A DNA stretch of 63,918 nucleotides, filler included, from Hausera hauseri (lineage: Eukaryota), in the NCBI GenBank assembly GCA_046269625.1. It is 11 parts of 11 records of this genome, joined end to end, with 100 filler letters (N's around TTAATTAATTAA, not from the genome) between each part and the next. Parts side by side here need not be neighbours in the genome. Positions count along the whole stretch, not along the records: positions 21,277 to 28,803 come from JBJURY010009012.1; positions 28,904 to 32,995 come from JBJURY010767207.1; positions 33,096 to 37,080 come from JBJURY010839081.1; positions 37,181 to 41,285 come from JBJURY010759207.1; 7 more parts are not named here. One strand, given 5' to 3'. The notes beneath the pieces were generated by a model that saw nothing but the letters and a program-made list of their open reading frames with translations, was not told the DNA's origin and did no database searches. Below are positions 25,339 to 37,920 of this stretch, piece after piece. Each line of letters opens with the position of its first letter. The stretch's first letter is position 1. Position numbers and translations under genes: made by a program.

Positions 25339-26039
25339 AGAAGGACAAAATGTAAAAAATTTGTACAAAAAACAACTTTAAGTTACAGTATTTTACTAAT
25401 CAAGAGTAGAATTATTAATTTTAGCACTAGTCAGAAATGAATAATCTAAATTGCAAATTGACCTGGAATGGAATGTCACAATACTTCGAACAAATTGATG
25501 GAAAAGGTGAAATAACAAATATGTAATGTGTCAAAAAGCAAATCAAAATGGATACGAAATAAAATAGAGGTAAATCCCACCCATAGAACATATATAAAAA
25601 GCGGAGAATTAGAATCGCAGTCAGTTGTCGATTGAATTGAACCAGTACCGAAATAAACCAAAAATAATTATCAGACGAATTCACAGAGAAGGACGAAACT
25701 CACTAAAACGAAATACCGCTGCGATTGACGAGAAATTCTTCAATGTAATCGTTAATAATGAAGTTAAATTGCGAAGCATCATTATTTACCGACGCCGTTC
25801 GTCACGAGTAAATCTGCTATTTATTTATAAATAATTCTTTTCATAAAAATTAGTGTAGTAATAAACCCAGTAATAAAAGGGTTTCGATTTTTTGTCTAAT
25901 TGAAAGCTGGAAATCCAGAAATATTTTACAGCATTTACGACAAAATGGGGGTTATTCAGATATTCTAGTGTTTGACAATAAAAGGAGAAACATGATGAGT
26001 GCTATATTCCTCTCACTTTATCTCAACAATTATCACGAC

Positions 26040-26754
26040 GGGTTACGCAGACAAAAAGCAAGATTAGTAACGTGTTATCAACGGTCGATTAGCAGCTGAG
26101 AAAATTCACAAATGATAAATAGAATTAAAATCAAACTTTACCGCTCCACATTTTCTTTACTGTTAAAGAGCGTCCGCAAAAGTTTCTCATCGGACGCAAT
26201 ACAATACGCATGAAAATCATTTCTTAGTTCTTTGTTTGTCTCGACAACAAATTTAACTTCTTCCAAAATCTAATAAAAATTATTTTCCGCAAAGAAACAA
26301 AACCACATTTACTACTTTACTGATAACTTCTTTCCTTTGACTTTTCAGTATTTGCTTTAGATTTTTCAGTATCTTGCCAATCATGTCGTTGTAGTTATTT
26401 GGTGTTTTAAATGTATCTACTTTAACAAATTAACGGTAATTGAGAAATTAATACGGAATTCAATCTTACCAGCAATTTTCTGTTTCACCACTTTGACACA
26501 TCCACCATCCTTAATACCGATATCTTTTAAAATGCTATCATCGCCAAATAACATACCACGATAAATAAATGCTTAACATATTTCAATATAATTAGTAAAA
26601 GTAACAGTTTACTCAGTTCTAAATCGCGGCCAAGTGAACATGACTGCTTCAAATCTTTAACGGACGCACAATCTTTTATCATAATGGGAACTGTTGTTAA
26701 CTTTCCATCTTTCATTGATTGATCATCGACAATAACATACAAATTAATATTCAT
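26040..26754 (-). CDS. Ubiquitin-like domain protein (UBL7-like), 3' end broken
   Basis: Spliced SVKDLK...ELT|FIYRGMLFGDDSILKDIGIKDGGCVKVV (41-nt intron 26572-26612); a later exon LEEVKFVVETNKELRNDFHAYCIASDEKLL resembles the UBL7 middle region. Confidence 0.65.
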
Positions 26755-27352
26755 TATATAAATATACGTTGACTATCTACTCATTCAAAGTAAGAATTGA
26801 AATGCAGAAAATCAAAAAATTCAGTGGAATATATTGAATACACTGAAAATGAAAATAATTTAGCTTATTAAATCATATAGTACATAAATTGAAATACCTA
26901 GTGTCCCTTAGGTCGTGTTGCATTCAATTAAAACAAACCGCTGTTATTTTTTTTTAAATTGGCGTAATTTGTCGAATACTTTGGAAGTTTTAACTTTTGT
27001 CTAAATTTGATTAAACTATTTAGATGTGTTTGTGTGATAGGATTGAATGTCATAGCCTGAAGTTATAAAATAATTTTAATTTACATATTGTAAATTTCTG
27101 ACCCAATTTGAAGAATAATAATAAACACACAATCATATGATAAATACACACTTCAAATTATGTCACACAAATTTTGAGGTTTGGCGCGAAATTAATTCAC
27201 TCGAACTTTATATACAAATGTTATAAAAATTTAGACCTTTGGAATTTCTTAGTTTTTGTTTACTTTTTTCACTTTGCATACATATTTATACAATTTTACT
27301 TTTTAAATTATTTTTCAGAATTTCAGTTTTTTTTACAATTTGGTAAATTGAA

Positions 27353-27605
27353 ATGGCATTCAGTTCGAAACTTGTAAATTTTAGGAATATTAAATTGTTG
27401 ACTCAAAGAGGAGTTGCCTGTTGCTTTTCTTATTTGATAATATTCAACTTATGAAATGTTTCAGATTACAACCAAGAATGGAAACCCGGACCTTATCCAC
27501 ATTATCCACATAGGAGAAATTGGAATGAAATGCATACATTGAACGATGATATTTATAGAGGGATTTTTGGATCCAGAGGATGAACAAACATTACAAATTT
27601 ACAAG
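27353..27605 (+). pseudogene. NDUFB8-like fragment with internal deletion
   Basis: Exon from 27465 reads YNQEWKPGPYP joined directly to HYPHRRNWNE, two motifs normally ~40 aa apart; TTATCCACA is duplicated at the junction. Confidence 0.45.
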
Positions 27606-28558
27606 GTAAAATTTTGAAGTGTTTTTGCTAGTTTGTTTTGTATTAATTTATGTCTTGTGGTGTTGATTAATTGTTTTGTATTTCTAATTTTGTGGTTAGT
27701 AGACAAATAATACTAAGAAATTTGTGATCTTGGAGGATTTGTAACGTCTGAATTATAGGTTTTTGAAAATTACGTAAGTTTTATATTCATGTTGTATTAG
27801 CTTAATGAGTATCTGAAGGAAGATTTCTACTTGTTAAAGACTTTACATCAATTAGAATTTTCAATCATGTTTAAAATATTTAAAAGTAACGTCAAAGGCT
27901 CGATGCTGGAAAAATTTTTTGATTGATCGAATTTTCCTCAGGATTCAAATTCAAGATTTTGGTTACTTTCAATACGCAATTAATATTACATAATAACTTG
28001 TATTATGCAACTTGCTTCTTCCTCGTTCCGTGGCTGAATCTATTTTTCGTAGAGTACTCTCGGTAACAGTTTTGGTATGTTGGCCATACTATCTCTGTTT
28101 AACATCTTTCCTTCACTTTCCAGTTTCATTGCGTTCGACTTTACATTTTGGATCCGGAATAATATTAAAATTTATTTGTGGATAATCTTTTTTTAATTGT
28201 TAAAATGCGAAATTATCCATAATCTGCACTTTGTTGATAAGCAAGTAAAATAATTACAGATCTTTTTGCTGCAATATCTAATGATTGATCAACAAACCAC
28301 CACGTGCCCAGAATTTAAAAAAATCAAGCGCTAGATATTTTAATGCGATTATTCTGCATTCTGCAAGATACTGTCTATTTTCTTCATATCCATTATGCAA
28401 TTATAAATATTTTAAAAAGTAAATTAATGTAGTTTTGGATTAAATCACAATACAAAAACAACCGTTTATTCTTATCTGTTTCCAATGCCGTCTTTATATG
28501 TATAAACTCGAGACTGTGTACACTGCGAGGCTGCATGGGGCGCACTCGTCACCCATAA

Positions 28559-28615
28559 AAGATGGCATGGTGAGCGCCGGTTTCGGTCCTGTGGGTTCGA
28601 TTCCCACCTATCTTA
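28559..28615 (+). other. Short tRNA-like fold (acceptor stem plus T-arm)
   Basis: 7-bp AAGATGG/CTATCTT stem stacked on GTGGG-TTCGATT-CCCAC; only 25 nt remain for the D and anticodon arms. Confidence 0.45.
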
Positions 28616-30183
28616 TTGTGGCGTTTGTGCCATGTGCAGCCAAGCACGTCAGTGAATGGTGTCGAGGTCGTATATGTCGATAACTTGGCCAGTTGCGCAT
28701 AACGCAACCTGGTATTTGAGTAACTGGTGTGGAGGTAGGCCGTGTCGATGGTTTAGCGACGAAATTCGACCACTACGGAGGGGTGATTGGGTTCATCGGC
28801 GAGNNNNNNNNNNNNNNNNNNNNNNNNNNNNNNNNNNNNNNNNNNNNTTAATTAATTAANNNNNNNNNNNNNNNNNNNNNNNNNNNNNNNNNNNNNNNNN
28901 NNNATTTTGGAACTGCACTTGCTGAGTCACCATATATAAACATGACATCCCCTGTACATGGGAACACGGTAGGCCTGTGTTATGTTTTGATTACGTTTTT
29001 GAACTGTCTGATGCAGTATCGATTTTCTGGTTAAAATGTTGTGTTAAGGCTTTTAATGTTCATATATTCCATAAGTTTCCAACATTTTGCGATCGCAAAC
29101 CATTTTAACGGTTGCGATAACTGTATTGATCTTTTGTGTAAAGTGAGATTCTCTGAATTAAAGGAGTTAGAGTATATAAAATTTACAGTGTAAATCATTT
29201 TTAATATGCATGAATGTATTACACCGAATTAAGTGACTACTTTGATGGGTCTCTTTCGACGTGCTTAGAAGTTGTATTTTGAGTTTAATAAACAATATTA
29301 CGAAGTCTTTTGAAGTGCAATGATAGGTTTTCATATTTACTTATAGGTGTCCAATTGCTTGACTCACTCGGTAGAGTTAATAACAGCCCACTCGAAGTAC
29401 AAATATCATCCAAATATAGAACGCATTGATGCGGTCTTCGTAGAGGACAGCAAAAGAGACTTAAGCCTCCCACTGTCTAAAATGGAAGTGGGACAATTAT
29501 CCTTTTGTCTCCCTACTTTGAGTAAAGTTTATCATGCGATTAACAGCATCAATTACGAACTATTTTAAAAACGAATATGACGACAGTGCTTATGAATATA
29601 CATATGCTATTGACTTCATTTTATTTGAAGTCACACTGAATACATAATAAATTTGAAAATTGTACCCGAGTTTTTATAATCATCGATGCAAGTTATTTGT
29701 TCTATTTTTTTCTAAAGTATTTATCATCCATACTTTTCAACCTTCTAAAAGTAAATGTTAACCATGAATAGTCATCGTTGACATTCATGAAATTTACAGG
29801 ACATCGAACAGTATGGATGGAAAAAAGCCGAAAAGAAAAACCTCGGAAAGCACAAATCAAAGTCCAATTATATGGACGATTACAACACGTTCATCATCAA
29901 AGTTTCCTCCAAAGTTTGCCCAAAGGCACCGAACCTGCATATTTTTAGTTGCAACGATCCGAAATTATTCTGTGATACACTCGAGCGATTGACAGCTAAC
30001 CAAGAAAACTCTAGTCAAATTGAATTCGGTGACATGTTCACGTATCGACGGCGATGCGAATCATTTAGTACGAGAAAGAGTTCGTTTTGTCATGATAATG
30101 ATATGAGTCCCGAATCGCCAGGAGGCGTATGCAATAAATTCTTCAATGAATTTACTATAATTTGGCTACTTTTCGTATTTTAG

Positions 30184-30565
30184 TCAGAATGGGTTAAACT
30201 TTGCTTCGAATGGGGAAAATGCCAATAGTATGCTGTTTTTGATTGTTAGTTGTCTAAATTTATTATAGTGCAAAAGCATTCCATCCGGCCGTAAGGAAAC
30301 TTTTCGTTAACAAAGTTTTTTTCATTACCAATGTCCAAAGTGATGATAAAGAGAAATTACAAGGCTATATAAGAATTTTTGGAGGTTCCGTTGTTAATTC
30401 AATCGTGGAGGATATTACTCATGTTATAGTTGGAACAATCGAAAAAGAGAGGCACAGGGTAATTATGAAACAGTTATACAGTCAAGCTGTTATTGTGACA
30501 CCAAATTGGATGGTCGATTGTACTCAATTAAGACATATTTTGATCCTATGCCTTATCATCCATAC
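30184..30565 (+). pseudogene. Tandem BRCT fragment, PAXIP1/PTIP-like
   Basis: SEWVKLC...|AFHPAVRKLF...YIRIFGGSV...ITHVIV...IVTPNWMVDC...(frameshift)DPMPYHP. Confidence 0.6.
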
Positions 30566-31292
30566 ATACTATATGATCGATTAAAAAAAATTACTGATAT
30601 CAACTGAAAATGAGAAAATCAAAATTTATTTTTCTTTTGAACACAACTTGTTCAATCCTCAATAACCAGAATTTGGGAGAGACTTTTAGTTTGAGACTTT
30701 CCGATTAATGGGGAGAACAATTTTACGTTATTATGACAATTGGGATATTTCGTGGAGGTATCAAGTCACCTTACCTACTTATATACTCGGTAATGTGTTT
30801 CAAGGAAACGTGAGCTTGGTTATTCTTTACTTTCTAAGGTTTAAACTCTTATGCTTTACTTATAATTATACTGGCCCTCGTCAGGTCGTTTTTACCTGGT
30901 CGAGGAATTAACCACAGTTACTTGAATTCTTACTTAGGTTACTTTCTTTATTTAGAAGATAATCAGCGAACGAAAATATACAAAAATTATAATTAAATGC
31001 AAAGAAATAAAAACGTATGGATAACCAAAAATGACGACTACGTAACTTTTACCATACATACGCATAAAGAAATGCAAATAACTTACATGAAGACATGATT
31101 CGTAACGATCAAAATCACCAGAAAGTTTGTTATGACTTTACTTCTAAATGTTGCTACTTATATAGTAATTCATGTTCTCTACATGTAAATAAAAAATTGT
31201 TTATACATGCTCAAAAACCCATGTCTATGATCATAAAATCAACATATATTTGTCAACACAATTAATAAAATCACGATTGTGAGCAAAAAATT

Positions 31293-31427
31293 TAATTGCA
31301 CATTGTTTGCATGATGAAAAATGTCAATGAGACATAATTGCACATTATTTACCATTGTTTACACATTAATGAAACATAATTGCACATTGTTTGCACATTC
31401 GGAAACATAATTGCACATTGTTTGCAC
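31293..31427. repeat. Degenerate tandem repeat (core TAATTGCACATTGTTTGCA)
   Basis: Four to five imperfect copies. Confidence 0.85.
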
Positions 31428-32214
31428 AAAATTACCGTAAAAATATTGAAAATTTCTTTATAGAAAGGTTTTGACTCATAATTCACAAATTAACTTTATA
31501 CACGAAAGGTGTTCATTACGCCAAACACTAAGAAATTTAAGAAGTATATACTGGTGTACAAGCTGAGAGTAATATTCAAAAAAATGATTCGAAGCACGAT
31601 AAAATAATACGCGTGATTAACGTAATTTAGATTCTGCAAACGCCCAGAATCATATTTATACGGCAGCGCTATTTAACACCCCATAAAAATATATTTTGTA
31701 AAACAAACCCAACCAAATTTACTACTGTGTACTAAGATAAACTATCTTCAATTTAAATAAGTTGGTAAAAGTATTTTGCAATTATTTTTATGTGTATATT
31801 ATACACAAATTTCCTGTTTAAGTCAAAACATTGAAAATAATGCAAAGTTTGACACATTTTTTTAATCTAAACCGTTAATAAAGTTAATAAGGTAAAAAAT
31901 ACGACTATGTTGAAGGTATATTAAAGAAAGTATATTGAAGACTACATTACGCAAATGTAAAACAACACTTCATAGTTAACAAAAGTTGTTTGTACTGTCG
32001 CATTTATGCGTTTTCAAACATTGTTATTATCAGTTTGTTTAAAAATACCTGGAAAATTATTGTATTTTGAATGAAGAGAACTACAGTGGTGTGATTTTCA
32101 TTAGAGAAAACAATTAAAATTAATTAAAAACAGTATGTTCTTAAAAGCCAAAACTTTTATTGATAAAACTACAATTCAAATAAAAATATGTAAGTCTTTG
32201 CTCTTGAGTTAATA

Positions 32215-32930
32215 CGTATTTAGTGTGTCCACATTTTGATCAACCGTCATGGCATAGACTTGATCAAAGAAAGACAAGTTTCATGAATTATCTTGTCATT
32301 GTGACAATTTTTATTAATAATAAAATAAGATCATTTTTAGTCGTTGTATTGTCATCACTTATTTTGTCTTTTAATTCATCCCAAAGGTTCTCGATTGAAT
32401 TTCAATCGGGTGAATTCCCGGACTAGTCAAGAACCTTTAACTTGAGTTCATATAGAAGAGAATTCATCGCACGTTTTGCTCTGTCAGAGGGGACACCATC
32501 CTGCATAAATATGAACTTAACCGGTGTCTCTGATCAATACCCTTCAGGAAGTTGGGGAATAGGTCGGCTTTTGATTACATTTGAGATACTTATTTGCATT
32601 CATATTTCCCTTCATAATAATGCTCAGACAACCGGAATAATTACGGACTAAACCGTTACTGATCTGAGACGTTTGACAGTTTGTTTGATACGGTCAGAGT
32701 GATATTCTTCATTCACTTTTCTTCTAATGTATTGTTTTCTATTTTCCAAAGTGCAAATTTTGGCTTCATCACTAAATCCAACTCCTAACCAATTTTTCTG
32801 ACCAATGAACATCTTTTTTGACTATGCAAGTCGTTTTGCTTTCATAATAGGAGTTAACGTAGTCTTAGAACGATGCCGACGTCTATTGTATCCAAGTTGT
32901 ATTAAACAAGAGTACATGGTGCTGGAACAA
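32215..32930 (-). mobile_element. Tc1-like transposase pseudogene
   Basis: FSDEAK, FMQDG, GNSPD*NSIENLW and a C-terminal GHTKY. Confidence 0.88.
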
Positions 32931-33095
32931 ACGTTTATACAAATTTATATATACGAAGTAATCGGAATAAAACTATAGTAGGGGGGAAATGGCAGNNNNN
33001 NNNNNNNNNNNNNNNNNNNNNNNNNNNNNNNNNNNNNNNTTAATTAATTAANNNNNNNNNNNNNNNNNNNNNNNNNNNNNNNNNNNNNNNNNNNN

Positions 33096-33388
33096 TGCAC
33101 CAAGTGGGGTGGGAATAGTGAAACCCAATCTGCCGCAGAAATCCCTTTGTTCACAACCAAAATTTAAACAAATTCTTTCGCGCCAAATTCAAATTTTTAT
33201 ACGTACCTAAAATCCATACAGTACGCGTGCTTGTGTGTATTCACTTTGTGACTGTGTGTCTCCTATCTCCGCCCTATTAAACGTGCGTATGTGTATCGTT
33301 TTTTCTACCCATGACTCATCCCGAACCATTTGCTTTCCTTCCTTTCCTGGGAGGGGGGCTTGCAGCAGTGTGCTCCTATCTAACTACT
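33096..33388 (-). mobile_element. Probable Polinton terminal inverted repeat
   Basis: Starts AGTAGTTAG on the minus strand; CCCCTCCCAGG..GAAAGCA is shared with 48919-48939. Confidence 0.4.
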
Positions 33389-33527
33389 GCTGATGGATTT
33401 ATTAGCATCTATTTTTTATAAATCTGTCCTTGATATTCGTCAACCAGATTTAATTGTGACAGGTCAGTTACCAATCTTCGTTTATACTTCTGTTTCCGTG
33501 GTTTCAATGAATATCGTTTGAGTCTTT

Positions 33528-36500
33528 CTATGTAGCTGCTTTTTGGCTTAGGGTCTGAGTAGTCATTATCGTTTTTTTTTCACTTAGTTCACAATATGGC
33601 GAATTTTCATCAGTGTTAACCCTTTCCATAAGTATCTTCCTTTTCCACTTTGCGTCATGTCTTGCCAAGAAACAACTTGCTACCGCAGGTACTACAGCTA
33701 TTAAAATTTTCCAAGAACATCCAACTGCTGCGTGTATCCCATAGGGTTTACTAAGCGCTGTAAATATCGTACGTAACGCACTAATAATAAAATATATAGC
33801 TAAAAATCCTGAAGCCGCTTGACCGAAGTATAGGAATTTTCCCCACATCTTCTCCATGATGTTCTTTGTAACTTTCTTTAGATAATTCTTTCCCATCAGG
33901 TTCTCCCATTGAGGTGAGCCTTCTCCGTCCCACATGACTCTTCTGGTTAGTTCTGTTATCACTCGTTGCCTCTGTTGGGGGAACTATATCACTCGTCTAT
34001 AATCTTCTAAATTTTGTTGGGTATAGATTCCTCCTTGTGCTATTCAGGTTAGTGGCTGAAATCTTTGATTTCTTTGTAAGTTTATTAAACTTAATGTATC
34101 GGATTTTGCCATTATCTCTCTTTTGGGCATTCTTATCCACATTTTATCATCCATTTTAAACATCGGCGACATACTGAAAGTACAATTATCTAGTTGTGTT
34201 GGTTTAGGGTTAGCTTCCTATAATATCCTGGTTACGGGCAAAACATATCTAGGTTCTGCGTTATAGAGTACTCGTAATTCAGATGTACAATCCGTGGTGG
34301 GTCTTATCGTAACTTCTACTTTCTGACATTCTATACTTACTAGTACTTCACCCATCACTCTCCCAATTATTTCATCTACAAATGGCATCACTGTGGCTAC
34401 CATGTCAGTGTTGGTTATAACTAAAGCCATTTTGTTTCGTATTATTTTGTAATTTACTTTACATTCATTCATCAGTATTTCTCTATATAGGCTTCTGATT
34501 TATTTTCTGACATAGTTAATTAAGAAATATATTTTATTATCAAAGTATTGTGTCAACTTTATATCTTTCTTTCAACTTTCGTTTTTGCTCCGGGTATTTC
34601 TCTTGTTGAGAGAAAAATACCTTTATAATTAGTATTGAATATTTCTTCGCCACACTTACTCGCAATTCCCATAATTTTGAATCGCACCATATCTTCAGGG
34701 TTTTCTGAATATACTGTTGTGGCGACTTCTGTCATTTTCACTTCCTTCATTCCTTCCTTATACGTTGCCGTTTCTTTTTCGGCCGTTTTACCCACTGTCT
34801 TGTTAAATCTTCCTTCTTTTAACATCGTTAGATGGCATTTGTCTTTGGATGTATCCCATGTTATCTTTGATTCACCAGTGTCGCACTCGCCATTGGTGTA
34901 TTCACATTCACTCATTGTTGTCATTAGTTTAGATTGTGAGTTGAATAATGCTTCGTATTCTTTTAACTGAATTTGATAATCTTCAATAGCTACTGTTCCT
35001 GGGGCGATTATACCTCCGACATGATGTCAGAGGTATAGTGCCTATCACACGCTACCCTTGTACGCACAAAAACTTATTCAAAAAAAACGTATTTATTCAA
35101 TCTTTTCTTTACACTTTTTCAACTCAACCACGGGGCGTATTCTAGTGCCTATCACACGCTACCCTTCTGTCCATGTATTTTTTATTTTTGTGTTTTCCAA
35201 TGTAAAGTTCATGTACATAATTTTATGAGATAAGATGTTGTAAATTATTTCATATTGTGAAGTTTGTAACATATTTTTATGGCGTTATTTTGTGTTAAAA
35301 ATTTGCTTTTGTTCACAATGATTTCTCACCTTAATATATGTATATAAACATATGTCATTTTGCTTATGTTTAATAATGCCGATTAAGAATATGAAAATTA
35401 TTATACTAAACAACTGCTGGGGGTTCATGGATAAAAGCCTAATTCTATTAACTTCTTGATTTTATGGTGTAAAAGATTTTGTTTTAAATGCACAATATCT
35501 GAGATCGAAAGTTAATATAGTTTTGAACGTTTTTCAATAAATGTTAGAAAGTTAACATGCCTTTCCTTTTTGATAATATAATAGAGACCGATGGACAAAA
35601 GCATACATTATTAGTTATGATGTATTATAAAATTTCCACATTACAGAAAAACGACGGTATGTTGTTTGTGCAGAGAAATTTGGTAGATGACATTTCGATG
35701 CACCAACAAAACTTGGTTATGAATTTTGTATTTTTTGACATTCTTACCTGCATCCAAGGATCAGTGTCCGATACATTCGTACTTCAATCGTACTACAATC
35801 TTAGCTTACCCCCACACATTTACCTTCCCTCGTCTTATCAATTTTTCCTATCCTAAAGATTGGAGTATATTTCATATTATTCCGTACTGCTGGTATTTTT
35901 GCATTCTGAATTGTTATTGTCCCGATCTTGAAGGCATCTTGACATTCCTCTCGCGCGATTATTATTGGTTCAAAAGGCGTTGTTGGTTTGATGATGGCAG
36001 AGGTCCCTGAATAATATGCACAGTTAAACAGGAAAAATGATTTCTTCACATAACATTCTCTGATTTTAACTTTTATGAATTCCGATTCTTGGTGGATCCA
36101 ATACCTATGACCGCTCGTAGTTATTAAGTGTTCTGGGTCAGCTTCTGGACATTTTTCTAAATCGACCAAGGAGTATTTTTGTCCTTCGTTTGGCTTTGAG
36201 CAGTCGTAGGCTGCTATTCCCACAGCTTTCGGCATCAACAATGATATTATCATTAGTATCTGTAAGATTTCCATTACTGACATGCCCGTTATACTTTGCC
36301 TGGAGGGATGTATATTTGGCTGTGTGGTGGTTGGCGTCTCTGCCCGTTTTCCACTTCCTTCTGGCCTCATTGTGTTTGTCATCAAGCTTGATAACCATCC
36401 ACCTCTTCACTGAACCCAATTCCCCAATGTATCCTTCAATATCTTAGTTACTGTTTTAATATTTCGGTCGATTCCTTCCAAATTCTGGATTTGGTGATTA

Positions 36501-36640
36501 ATTATTATTACTTTGTATAGCAGATAGGCCATGGCCTTTCGTGCCTTTTATCGAGTGCTACCGGTTGCGAACATTTTCTCTAAGGTATCCTGTTCATGTA
36601 GTTCATTGATCCTTTCTTCACTAATATTTTTGTAAAACTG
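33528..36640 (-). pseudogene. env: Chuvirus-like (class III) envelope glycoprotein plus the C-terminus of upstream ORF-X; split by an insertion
   Basis: Signal ILQILMIISLLMPKAVG then IAAYDC...YSLVDLEKCP; GRVMGEVL...C; PVTRIL; TM KMWGKFLYFGQAASGFLAIYFII; colinear with 44190-46092. Confidence 0.8.
35025..35800. mobile_element. ~780-nt AT-rich insertion in env, with a 24-nt direct repeat
   Basis: The env frame breaks after GKCVGVS and resumes at HVGGIIAPG; TAGTGCCTATCACACGCTACCCTT occurs at 35036-35059 and 35143-35166. Confidence 0.6.
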
Positions 36641-37920
36641 TCGACTAATTCATAACATATTATTTCATAGCGTCTGAAATACAATTTCTGATCTCCTGGG
36701 TCCACGGAGTAATCCACAAGAAAATTGTGGCTGGTTCGATCGAAGATATTCTTTTTCTATCGTTTTCCAAATGGTTTTCATTTTAAAGACATGCAGGCAG
36801 GCTTTCAGACACAACCTTTCAAACAGCCTGCAGGACTGCATTCCATATAGAGGTGGTGTTCGGTCACGGATTCATCCGAACTCTTAAGACGTTTAGGGCC
36901 ATCTAGGCAGAAGCTGCGCTTGTTGCAGATGCTTTCCTCTTGGTAATTTGCTCCAGTTTTGAATAGAATGAAAGAATCTGAAATTAAAAGTGGCTTTACA
37001 TCAAAAGTAGTTGTAGAGTAGCTTTAATCTACAATTCAATCACGGTGCTTAAGGACTGTTCTGCCTTTCAAGCTTCGGCTNNNNNNNNNNNNNNNNNNNN
37101 NNNNNNNNNNNNNNNNNNNNNNNNTTAATTAATTAANNNNNNNNNNNNNNNNNNNNNNNNNNNNNNNNNNNNNNNNNNNNACAAAGACAAACGCCAAATG
37201 AACACAAAGACCTGGACTAAATCATTGATGTTACATTATCTTTGATGGTGGATGATGATCACCAGGTTCATGCATTTAATTGTAGAATTTTTGTTTTTTG
37301 TATGAACTGTTGCTGCTTAGATATTACAAAAAACACACCACAAAGTTGCGTATAGGCTTGCATGTGGAAATGATGAGTAATGTAAAAGATCCAGCAGAGC
37401 CGAGACAACACAGACGGACGGGATTGCAAATGCAGGAACCCATCAGGCCACTTTCTAATTTTCCATTCTTATAGTAAAAACAGCAGATTTGTGTTTACGC
37501 TGAAACAAGCTTTTTTATTGGATGAAAGTTCAGTTGAGTCTATTTAATTACTTGATTTAAAATAACTGTAATCATAATGCTGTTAACTCACTGTGTCTCT
37601 GTTGCATTATACCACTGAACTTCCTGTGCTCCATGCTCCACCCTCCCTTCGCCCAATCGGTGACACAGCAAACATACGAACGGGAACCCTGACAGTTCTT
37701 CAGTTGACAAATAGTCCAGTGTAGCACCGGAGCACACTCCAGGGCTCAGAGCTATGCTTTATGAATACACCTGTCACTGTGTTTACTATGAATCTGCTGT
37801 AACACAGGATCAAGGGCACAGTGGTGATTGGAAAGTGGGGATTTAAAAAAAGTGTTCTGCCTGGTGTCTGCCATCACATAAAATGACTGCAAGCAGATGT
37901 ATGACTCTAGCTTGATTTAA

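Noticed and set aside
31293-31427. Possible repeat-spacer array
   Set aside because: Irregular minisatellite with short, related intervals.
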